A DNA stretch of 64,000 nt from Cyanophora paradoxa CCMP329. Taxonomy: Eukaryota; Plantae; Glaucophyta. Location: assembly GCA_004431415.1 (NCBI GenBank), contig QPMI01000038.1, forward strand, positions 332,955-396,954. The letters are read 5' to 3'. This document shows positions 12,515-23,296 of this stretch, piece after piece. Numbering within the stretch: position 1 is the stretch's first letter; each line of letters opens with the position of its first letter. The notes below the pieces were generated by a model. That model was not told where the DNA came from and searched no databases. It saw only the letters and a list, made by a program, of their open reading frames with translations. Made by a program: the position numbers and the translations under genes.

Positions 12515-13308
12515 CACACTATAGCTAGCACTGTGACAGCCGCTCTGACCCGCTCACTGACTGCAGCACTGCTCGCTAGCGCTGCATATGCATTTTCTGA
12601 GGCGAAGCGCAAGATGAGCGGCCGCGGCGCGCCCAGAGCGGCGGGGGCCGCTCATGATATCGATCAAGGCGGGCACGGCGGCGAGGGCGGCGAGGTGTGC
12701 CGCCTCGCGGGCTCCTCCGTGAGGGACGCCGCGGGCCCGGGAACCGCGCCCCGGCCCCTCGAGCTCTAGATCTGCGCGCGGGGGCCGGCCCGGCGGGGTG
12801 GGCCAGAGGTCGATCCGGAGCTCGCCGAGTCGCCCGGCCGAGTCAACGTCAAGCTCGAATTCAAAAAAATGATTCGAAGGCGCCGCGGCGCCGGCTCGGA
12901 GGAGCTCGAGCTCGGAGGCGAGGCAGAAGTTGCGATCGATGGCCCGGACCGGCGCGGAGCGGGAGAGCTCGAGCGGCCGACGGCCGTCCGCGGCGCGCTG
13001 CGAGTCCTCCGGCGCCGCGAGCTCGAGGAGTTCGCGATCGCGATCGATATCGAGCTCCGGATCCGAGCTAGCGCTGGAGCTCGGGAGGGGGGGGAGGGGG
13101 GAGGGCGGGGGGGGTACTTCTAGTGCGGCGGCTTGAAGGCGGCGCGGGCGGCCTGCGGCCCTGCGCACGACAGTCCCGTGTGCGCGCGCTGTCTCCCACC
13201 CGCACCTTGATGCGCTTGTCATCCACTTTTTCAATCTGTCGCCTGCGAGCTGACATCCTTGCAGGGCGCTGCTGCGACGCGCTCCAATTCGGTTGGCATC
13301 TCCAGGGG

Positions 13309-15303
13309 ATGCGGCCGCCGCCGCCCGATGAGGCCGCGCGGCCGGAGGGCGCCGGCAGCGGCAAGCGGGAGCTGCGGAAGTCCACGGAGCTGCAAACCCG
13401 CGCCAGTACCAGCCTCGCATCGCGATCCACGCCGAGGCCTGCGCACAATCACAAACGAACGCGCTTCAACCCGCCCGCCGTGGAACACGAGAACGATGGC
13501 GCGTTCGCCCGGAGTCGCGCCGCTGCCGGGCCGTGCGGGGGCTTGCTGAACGCGCCCGTTCGTTTAGATGCATGCGGGGAGTGCGGCGAGGGCGGGACCC
13601 TGCTCTGCTGCGACGGCTGCTACGCCAGCGTGCAGTGCGCTCGCCGCCCCGCTCTCCCCTCGCCCGCCCCGACGCCGCCGGCAGCGCCGAGTGCGCGGCG
13701 GAGTCGGAGAGGCAGTCTGCGGCGGCCGGGGAGGCGTCGAACGAGTGGTTCTGCGCGTGGTGCGTCCTGAGGCGCTCGAAGGGCTTCCGGGAGCGCGTGC
13801 GGAAGGAGGACCCGTGCCCGCTCTGCGGGGGCGGCGGCCGCGAGGAGGCGGGGCGGGCGTGGAAGCCCTGCCGCTGCGCGGGGCGCTACGCGGCGAACGC
13901 GGGGCGCGGCGCGGCGAGCGCGGCGGAGGTGACGGCGGAGGGCACGTCGCAGCGCGGCATCCTCGTCGGGCCCAAGGTCCGCCGGCTCGAATCCGAGCGG
14001 GCTCGTTTCCGCGCCCGTCTCGGGGCGCCCGACTCCTTCCGCGCAGTACCAGGCCGTGGTCCCCGATTACGAGCCCTCCGCCCCCCGCCCCGTGCGCCCC
14101 GCCCCTCCCGCCGCCCCGCTACCCCGCCCCCCCCCCCCCGCCCCCCGCCCCGTCCCCCCCCCCCCCTCGCGCCCCCGCCGCGCTTGGGCATTCATGTCCC
14201 CCCGCAGCCGACCGCGGCGCCGAGCTCCTCTGGGACCCACACAGGCTACCCCCCGAAGAGAGTACGTACCCCTGTACCCCATACCCCCTCCATGCCCCTC
14301 CCCCGTCCTCTATGGGGGTACACCTGATCCGGTAAGAACAGTCGATCGGTTCCTGTGCGCGGCGCGGACGGTGGGGCGGGAGGCGCACTACGACTTCCTG
14401 GACGGTACCCCCGCCGACGACGTGGCGTCACGGCTGGGGGCGATCCTGCGCGGGGGGGTACGCCCGCGGCGGCCGCCGGTGGCGGAGGACGCGGCGCTGT
14501 CGGCGCTGCACGGGGCGGGGTACGAGGCGGACGCGGCGGTGGGGCGGCTGCGGGAGCAGGCGGCGACGGCGCCGCGGTACACCCCGGGGCGCGACCTGAG
14601 CCGGGCCACCGGTGAGCGGGGCTCGCCCCCTCGAAGAAGTGGGGCAAGACGGGGCTGGCTTGCAGAGGCGTGGAGCGTGGCGGAGGTGGCGCGCTTCGAG
14701 GAGGCGCTGGCCCGCGTCGGCCGCAACTTCCCCGCCGTCGCCCGCCGCGTGCGCCCCCGCCCCCAGAGCAGGCCGGCGCCGTCCCTCCGCCCGCCCGGAC
14801 CCGCTGAGGGCGCCCCGCAGGTCGGCACGAAGGGCGTGCCCAGCGTCGTCTCCTTCTACTACTGCGTCTGGCGGAGGTGCGAACGAAGGCTCGGGGGGGA
14901 GGGGGGGGGGGGGGGTTAATCTGAGCGGCCCGGGCCGTCCTCGCAGGGTACTGAGGACGACGAAGAAGGCGGTGGGGCGGGCGGGGCCCCGCAGCGGCCG
15001 GCCGCCGCCGCCGCCCCGCCCCGGCGCCCCGGCCGCCCCGCCGCCGCGCTCGGAGGCGGGCCGGCGCGGCGGGCGGGCAGGGCGCCGGGGGGCCCCCGGG
15101 CCGTCCGCTTCGGAGGGGGCGGGGGAGAGCGATTCGGGGACGGAGGGGGCGAGGAGGAGGGCGGGTCGTCGTCGGGCGGGGAGGGGCAGGGGCACCCGGG
15201 GGCGCGGGGGCCCCCCTGGGGGGCCGGCCGCCTCCGCCGCCGCCCCTCCACGTCGCCGGTCGGCTCGTGAGGCCCGCCCGCCCGCCCGCCTGCCGGGCCC
15301 TAA
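13309..15303 (+). CDS. PHD finger + ELM2 + SANT chromatin/HDAC-corepressor-like protein, spliced
   Basis: PHD: CGECGEGGTLLCCDGC..WFCAWC. ELM2: ILVGPK|YQAVVP..LLWDP..VDRFL..EDAALSALHGAGY. SANT: WSVAEVARFEEALARVGRNF..VGTK..VVSFYY. Ends approximate. Confidence 0.8.
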
Positions 15304-15787
15304 GCGCGTCCCTCACTCTCTCTTCCGCTCTCTTTCTCCTGTGCACCCCTAGCTACCGTAGTACGCACACAGCCCCCTCACCCGCGGCCACCGGGGCCGC
15401 GACGTATGCATACATGCATCTCTCCCTAGGCTTGAATTTTCCTTTGTCTAGATCGTCGAATTCTTCGCATCAACCATTGAACTCCAGATTCGAAATGAAA
15501 CCTCACTCGCTCTTGAAACCCGCGCGCGAGAAATTGGCCGAGGCAACTTAGATGAAGTTACATCGATATAAGTAGTGTACGATGTGCGCATACACCGGAG
15601 ATCGGTGCGCGTATCTACGAGGTTAACGAGCTCGCGGCTGAGTCGACGAGGCTATAGCTGCTGGTCATCGGTTCCTACGTTCAATTTCTTCAATTTCATA
15701 GTCGTATGGGCGGCGGGCGCCGGGAAGAAGGCGTTCCGCACGGCCGAGCCGAGGATGTCACCTCATGATCAGATGTCAGCGCCGATG

Positions 15788-17674
15788 TCAACGATGCCGG
15801 CGCTGGGGAGGGCCCGCGCGACGGCCGCCCTCGCAGCGTCCCGCGCCTGAGCCCTCTCCGCGCTCGTCTTGAGCGTCTTCGTGCGCAGGCGGACCTGCGG
15901 CCACGGGCGCTCCGAGGCCTCGGGCCGCGCCGGGCGCAGGGCGCAGGGCATGGGGCGCGGGGCGGACCTCGGTGTCGCCGGCGGAGCAGGCAGCGAAGGC
16001 GGCGAGGCCGTCGAGCCAGCCGCCGCGCAGCGCCTCCGCACCGACGGCGACCGCGAGGGCGAGGCGGCGCGGCGGCGCGGCCGCCAGCGCCGCGGCGGCC
16101 TCCGCGGGGCGGCCCGGCGCGAGGTCGACCTCCATCTCGAGCGAGAGGCGCCCGCGGGCTGCGTCGGCCAGCGCCGCGAGCGCCTCGAGCGCCGGCGGCG
16201 GCAGCGGCGAGCCTGCCGCGGGCTGAGAGGAGCGGGCGGGGCGGGCCGGGGCGGGCCGGGGGCGCGGACCGATCCGCAGGTCGAGGTCGGTCAGTGTTGG
16301 GGAACGCGCAAAGGCGGCCGTGAGGCCGCTCAAGCAGCCGATTATCGCCTCTTCCCCGTCCTCGTCGTTGTCGAAATCGGGCAGGCACAGGGGCCCCAGG
16401 CTGCGGAGGGCGGGGCAGGAGCCGAGCGCCTCCAGATCCCCTTTCTCGACATCCCCTTTCTTTAGCTGCGAGGCGAGAGTGAATGATGGGGCGCAGCAGG
16501 AGTAGCAGGGGCGAGGAAGAGAGAGCCCAACCCCGAGCTGGACGTTGTCGCTCCGGAGGCGCTGGAGGGCGTCCAGGCGCGGGAGAGTGCGCAGGGCGGC
16601 GCCGGAGAGCGTCGGACTGCAAAGGAGCCTGCGCGGGGCGCGGCGCCGGCTCAGCGAGGCGCCGCGCGGCGAGGGGGAGGGGCAGCTCGTGCGCACTCTT
16701 TGAGGGAGCGAGCGGCCGGGCCGGAGGCGAGGGCATCCAGCAGGAGGCCGAAGCTATCGACGTTTCCCTCGAAGCAAGCGTAGTCGGTGATGTCCAGGAG
16801 CTCCAGGGCGGGGAGGACGGCCAGGCCAGCCGCGTCCCCGAAGCTCTCCAAACATGTCGTGACCTGCCGCCGCGTCAACGTAGCGCAGGCTGACGAGAAG
16901 GGGACGCGCACCCGCTTGAGACGCGGGAGGCATCGGCCGAGGGCGTCGGCGTCGGGCAGGCAGGTTTCGCCGAGAGAGAAGTTCTCCAAGTTCGGGTAGG
17001 GGCGAAGGAGGGCGTCAAGCCCGCCGGGGCTGCCCTCGAAGTCGAGATCGCAGGAATGATGCCCGCTGCTGCTAAGATGGATGCTCCGGAGCGAGGGGCA
17101 AGCGACGCCGCCCGGCGGCACGAGGGCGCCGAGCAGTTCGTAGAGGCAGGCGTGCGCGGAGGGGTCACAGTGCAGATGGACTTCGCCGAGGCCGCCGCAC
17201 GACGCCACGCACGCCCCGACGAACGAGACGGCGACCGAGCACGGGAAATCCTGCTTCTCGTCAACGGCGGGGCGTGCGCAAAGCCGGCGTCGGCCTCGCA
17301 CCAGCAGACGGAGCGATGCGCCGCGGGCGACGCGAATCCATCCCTTGCTTTGAGCATCTTGAGCATCGAACAGCTGCAGGCCTGGAAGTAAGTCGCGCCC
17401 GGACCGCGCGGTGACCTCCAGGCGGGCCCAGGAAACCGCATCGGCCGCGCCGCGCGCGCCAGCGGCGGCAGACGGCGCGCGCGAGGGCCGCGCCCCGCAG
17501 GCCCACGCGCTCGAGGACCTGCGAAAGAACCGCGTCTGGCAAATGCTCGATCGTCGCCGCTCTTGCATTCTCCGCTAGCGCTGGCTCCACGTCTTCTGAA
17601 ACCGAGTCGAATTCGAATTCGGTTGCGTCGGGGGGCGGGCCCTTTCTCTTGCGGGTGCTTAGCGCTTCGTTCAT
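15788..17674 (-). CDS. F-box/LRR-like protein (paralog of 32378-34450); apparent frameshifts
   Basis: TIEHLPDAVLSQVLERVGLRGAALARAVCRRWR, LRR-like repeats, and a C-terminal block ARGRLSLEMEVDLAPGRP..LRGGWLDGLAAF shared with the paralog. Confidence 0.75.
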
Positions 17675-17875
17675 CGTGCTGCAGGGCTAGCTGGGCGCTT
17701 GACACAATACCAGCACGCCGGCGGCCTCGAGCTGACTGGGTCGGTTGCAAATTGACCACACTTTGTACCCCCTCTGGCCGAGCCGTCGGAGCCAACGGAG
17801 CCGTCAGAGCCGTCGACGTCGGAGCTGCATGCGTGCAGCGCTGTCAGTCAGTGAGCTGTGAGTCATTCGTCCGTG

Positions 17876-19889
17876 ATGGACGAGGCGGGCTCCGATGCGG
17901 CAGCGCTGGCCGCGCATCGACAACAGCCGCCTGCGCCGGGCCTCCTGGACCTGCCGGACGCGCTGCTGCAGCGCGCCATCGAGCTCGCGTGCACGAGCGA
18001 GGAGGAGGGCAGGTACCAGGCCATCCTGAGCGACTTGACCGACGCGAAGCTGCGCGCCGTCGCTGCGGGCGAGGAGCTCGCGACGGCCGGCCGCGAGCTG
18101 CGCGTCGACCTGCGGCCGCTGTCCCGCCTGCGGCGCGTGTGCAAGCGGTTCGCGGAGCTCGTGGAAGCGCGCGGCGCGGCGCCGCCGGCGCGGCTGGAGG
18201 TGCGGCTCTCTCCCGAATCCAGCGCACGTGAGGAGCTGGATCGGGGGTGCGAGGGCGCGGCCCGCGTGTACGGGGGCGAGATCGCAGATCTGGAAGTGAA
18301 GATCGTTGCGAATGAGGTCCGCGCGGAGCGCAAGCTACGCTGAGATCGCGACCCGTGGCACCGCCGATCCCGATCATGACGTGCGCCCCGGCCCGCAGGG
18401 GAAGCCGGATGCCACCTTCTCCCTGGCGCCGCTCGCCCGCCTCCGCTCCCTCCGCGCCCTCCGGATGAGCCCCAACGCGGGTGCCGCCCTAAAGGCGCCC
18501 GACCTCACGCCCGCGCACGTCGCGCCCCTCGCCTCCCTCGCCGGCCTCTCCCGCCTCGACCTGAGCGGCGGCGCCGCCGGCCTCCGCACCACCCCGCCCG
18601 CCCTCGCCGCCCTCTCGCCGCTACCCCTCGCGACGCTCCGGGCCCCTGTCGTCGTCGGCCCGGCCTGTACCCCCGTGAAAGTCCTGGCCGACGTCGCCGC
18701 GGCCTTCCCGGGGCTCCGGGACCTGCTTCTCGCGTTCCTGCTGGAACACAGGCCCCAGTACCAGATCATCCTCGCCCCGGACACGCTCGCCCCGCTCGCC
18801 CCCCTCACCTCCCTCCGAGGTCGGTCCCCCCCCCCCCCCCCCCCCCCTCCTCTCCTCCCCTCACGTTCGCTCGGATTCCTCGCAGCGCTGGTGCTCAAGC
18901 TCTCGCAGAACGTCGTCTTCTCGTCCCTCCGGCCGCTGGCCGCCCTCCCCCAGCTGGAGTACCTCTCCATCGACTACCACGGCTCCGAGCTCCGCCCCAT
19001 CTCCTCCCTCACATCCCTCCGCGGTCCGCCCCCCCGCCCGCCCTCTTTATTTATGTACCTAATCTTCCCGTCCGCCCGCCCGAGCGCAGCGCTGAGCCTG
19101 CACGCCGGGCTCTGCGACGACCTCTCGTTCCTGCGGCCGCTGACGCGGCTCGAGGCGCTCAACGCGTGCACCGACGGGGACCCGGCGCGGCTGCTGCCGC
19201 TCGCCCCGCGCCTCCGCTGCCTCGTCCTCGAGCACGAGGGCCGCGCCTCCGCCGCCCTCGCCGACGCCCTCCTCCGCTGCACCGCCCTCGAGGCGAGCTC
19301 GAGCCTGTCTGTCGCTCGCCTCTGCTGACCCTTGTATGTACAGGACCTGAGCATCCTGGCGGGCTGGGGCCTCTACGACGCCCTCTCGCGGCGCTCGCTG
19401 GCGCCCTGGGGCCGCCTCCGCTCGCTGGACGCCGCTGTGGACACCGAGATGGACAGCGACCCCATACCCCCCGCCTTCTTCTCGGTGCCCGGGTTCTCTC
19501 TGCGCCGCCCGCGCACGCGCTCCTCACGCGGGCGCGCGGGCGCCGGGGGGCAGCGGGTGTCGTCGGACCTGCGGGGCCTGCGGGAGCTCGAGGTGGGCCC
19601 GACGCTGCCCCTCCCCCTGCCCCCCGACGTCGTCGCCGCCTTCCGCGGGCGCCTCCGCCGCCTGCGGGCGCACGTGGTGGACAGGGGCCGCCCCCACGCC
19701 GAGCAGGCCGAGCAGCGCGCCCGCCAGGCCGTGCGCATGCGCCGCCCCGCGCCCCGCGCCCCGTGCTCGCACGCGGCGTCTGAGGCCGGCCGCTGGCGCA
19801 GGAGCTGGAGGGCGCCCTCGGCTTCAAGATCGAGCCGGCGTTCACGTTCTAGCGACCGTGGGCTCACGAGCTTGATTAGGCCTTCATGA
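17876..19889 (+). CDS. F-box/LRR-like protein, spliced, divergent from the preceding F-box gene
   Basis: LLDLPDALLQRAIELA..LRRVCKRF, then LRR units LRSLRALRMS, LSRLDLS, LEYLSI, LEALNA, LRELEV. Frameshift near 18340. Confidence 0.7.
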
Positions 19890-19927
19890 GGTCGTATTCA
19901 CATCAGTTCGGGCCGTCGCACCCCGTT

Positions 19928-22791
19928 CTAATTCACTGGTGCCCGCGCCGGATCATCATCCGGGATCATCCGGGAGGGAGGGGGCCGGGGCGGACAACTG
20001 CGCATGCATGCGCCGCTACGCAGGGGGGGGGGGGGGGGGGGGGATCGGCCGCGCCAGCTGCAGCACTTGGGGGGGGGGGGGGGGGGGGGGGGGGGGACAA
20101 CTGCATGCACCGCTACGCAGCAGCATGCGCGGCCGTGCCAGCACTGGCAGCCGGGGCGGGGCCGGGGCGGGGCCGGGGCGGGGCGGGGCGCGTCGCGGAA
20201 GAAGAGGCGCCGCTCGCGCTCCGCGTCCCGCGCTGCGGCCGCGGGGCTCGCAGATTGGGGAGGGCCGGGCGGGGCGGGGCGGGGCGGGGCCGGGGGCGGA
20301 CCGGCGATGAGGGCTAGGGCCCAGAAGGGGAGGAAGAAGCCGGCGACGATGCGGGGGAGGCCGGCGGGGGGCCCGAGGGCCCCGCAGAGGGCCCCGAAGA
20401 GGGCGAGCTTGGCGGCGCAGAGGGCCGCCGTCGCCACGAAGCGCGCCCGCAGGGCTACCATCACCAGCGCCCCGTTACAGCTGATCCTGCCCCGCGCCTC
20501 GGAGGGCGGCCAAGGCGGGGCGGGCGGGCGGGGCGGACGTGAGGGCGGCGGCGAAGGCGGACCAGACGGCCGGCCGCTCCACGGCGCCACGGGCGTAGAG
20601 CGTCTGCATGAACTCGGGGCCCCCCGGCAGCGTCACCTGCGCGTACCCCCCTTCCTGAGCGGGGCGACGGGGCGGGGGAGGGGGGGGGAGGGGGGGAGGG
20701 GAGGGGGGGGGAGGGGCGGGGGAGGGGGGGGAGGGGGGGAGGGGGGGGGAACGGGGGGGGGGGGGGGGGGCGGACGAGGCCGGCCAGGCAGGCGGCGTGG
20801 ACCCACAGCAGCGCCAGCGCGACGAGCAGCTGCCGGCCGCTCAGATCAGATCGGATCGGATCGGGTCGGATCAGAGCCGATCAGATCTGATCTGACCTGG
20901 AGGCGGGCGTGGGTGGCGAGGCGGCGCCAGAGGGGCGGGGCCCACGCGAGGCCCAGCAGCAGGGCGGGCGCCGGCGCCCCGACCCCCAGCAGCGTCCCCA
21001 GGAACCGCCCCTGCCGGCCGCGATCGGTGCAGGGAGGCGGGGGTAGAGGAGGGCGCACGGCGTGGCCGGGCGGGGGCGACTCGGCGCGCATGAGGGCCCA
21101 CGTGCTCACCACGCCCTGCGGGCCGCCTCGGAGGGCCTTCGAGGCGGGGGCGGGGCGGGGCGGGCGGGGGCGGGCGCGCGCCGCGACGAAGGCGGCGAGG
21201 AGGGCGGAGGCGACGGGGAGGGTGCGGGTGCGCGCCGTGGCGAGGGCCCACTCGCCGAACGCCGCCTCCGCCGCCGGCGAGGCGAAGGCCAGCGTCAGCG
21301 CCCGCATCGCGAAGGGCTCTCCGCCCTGGCCATGGCCCCCTCGCGCCCCTCCAGCGCCACCACCACGGGACCCGGCCCCGGCCCCGGTCCCCGCGGCGCC
21401 GGGGCCCCGTCGTCGCCCTCGGCGCCCTGGGCGGAGGAGACGGCGGCGGCGGTGGCGGCGGTCGGGGAAGCCGGGGAGGCGGCGAGCTCGAGGGCGGCGT
21501 CGGCGGCGAGGCGCTCGCGCGTCTCCGCCGCCGACGCACGCGCGAAGGTCCGGCTCCGCGGCACCTTCGGCCCCTCCTCGAGCTCGGGGTGGACCCGGGC
21601 GGGGCGGCGAGGAAGACCAGCCGCTGGGCCGGGGGCGGCGGCGTCGGGGCGCGGCGGGGCGGCGGGGCGGCGGGCGAGGAGGGCGCCGTAGTAGAGGAGG
21701 GCCTCCCGGCGGCGCAGGTACCCCGTCAGCGCCGACATCGCGCCCGACGTCGCCAGGATCGCCGCGGACTGGGCGCCCGGTCACGAAGGGAAGGGGGCAC
21801 AGGACGGGGGCGGGGGGCGGGTACGCGCGCCTGGAGGAGGAGCTCGGTGCGGAAGGACGTGTGGGCCCACTTGAGGGCGATGTACCCGCCCGCCATGGCG
21901 GCGAGGGCGGCGGACTGGAGGGGCCAGGGGCTGGAGGGGGCGACGCCGAGGACCCAGAAGCACAGAGTGCCGGCGTAGGGCGGGCCGCTGAGCCCGAGGT
22001 TCTTCGCCTCCTCGAGGCGTGCCCCGGGGAGGTAGTAGGCGCAGAAAAAGGCGCAGACGGCGGCGAGGAACCAGTGGCGGGGCGGCGGGCGGCCCGGGCC
22101 CCGGACCCGGGGCAGGAAGGAGAGGGCGAGGAAGGCGAGCTGGGAGGCGCAGCAGAGGGCGCCCCGCACGAGGTTGTAGGAGGAGGCCCCGTCCAGGTAC
22201 TCCGTCACCGCCATCAGCACGGGCACTAGCGCCGCTACCGCGCGCATCGCGAAGCGATCGGGGCGTGAGCGGGCTGGCGCTCTGATTTGAATTCGAGTTT
22301 GAAATTGAGTGTGGGCGGGCACCGACGGCGATGATGCGGCGCTGGAGGGAGAGGCGCCGGCGCGCGACGAACTCCTCCGGGTCATCCGGCAGCGCCTCCG
22401 CTTCGGATTCGCTCGGGGCGCCCTGACCGCCGCCCGCCGCTTCCGCGGGGGCCGCCCGCGGCGCGAGGCGCTCGCAATGGTCCCCGTCCGACCGCGGCTG
22501 CGGATGCAGCTCGGCTGCCCGCAGCGGCGGCGTCGGCGGCAGCGCGAGGCCTAGGCTCTCAGCTGCAGCTGCAGGAACAGCCTCCGCATGCGCCGCGCTC
22601 TGAGCCTGCTGCTGCTTTGACGCTGCCGTAGTCGCTGGCTCACTCGCGCTGTGGATTGGAGTATCGACCGACTGAACGGCATGTTTTGAATCTTCATGGC
22701 TTGCAGCGGCGCATGCGGGTTCAACGCGACCTGCCTCTAGATCTGTGCACGTGTACATGTCTCTCGTTTGCATATATATGCATCTAGCCAT
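19928..22791 (-). CDS. Multi-pass membrane protein with two hydrophobic cassettes, spliced
   Basis: Two runs of TM segments (22260-21700 and 21300-20250). Each ends in a basic amphipathic segment (YLRRREALLYY; DAERERRLFF), and they are linked by LAFASPAAEAAF. Confidence 0.55.
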
Positions 22792-23296
22792 ACGAGACGG
22801 CACCCCGGCTGTCGCTCAGCGGATAACGTCCGCGGCTGCCCACAACGCGCGCCAGGTTTGCTGATCCTGAAGCTCGAAGGTCTAGGCCGGGAGCCTGGCC
22901 ATGGGCCGGCCCGGCCGGGCCGGACACGGAGGTTTCTACGGATGACGTCGTATGCGCGCAAGGCGTAGACGAAGATTTGTGCGAGCCAGAAGTGCCAAAA
23001 TTAGCCGAGTCGCCAGTTTCGCGGCCAAGCGGGATCGAACCCGCGGCCCCGGGGGCCCTCACGTTAATTGCGTAAATTGCGCAATCTCACGACAACAATC
23101 GTCATGGGGCGCGTGCCGAATTATCCCCCGGCGGCCGGACAGGGTAGCCCCCCGGCTTCGCCGGGAATATTAGGCCGGCCCCCGCCAGTTAGAGCCAGTT
23201 GCTTGCGCGACCGCACGGACGCGACCGCGCCCGTGCGGCCGCACCTCTAAATAAATCGCGAGAATAGCCTCGCGCAGCAGCAGTAAGTAGCGTTGT

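Noticed and set aside
18330-18350. In-frame TGA in an F-box gene as possible recoding or selenocysteine
   Set aside because: Coding continues in another frame, so a small deletion explains it. No SECIS evidence.
19990-20775. Long poly-G tracts with a small duplication
   Set aside because: Low complexity and unreliable length; no function can be inferred.
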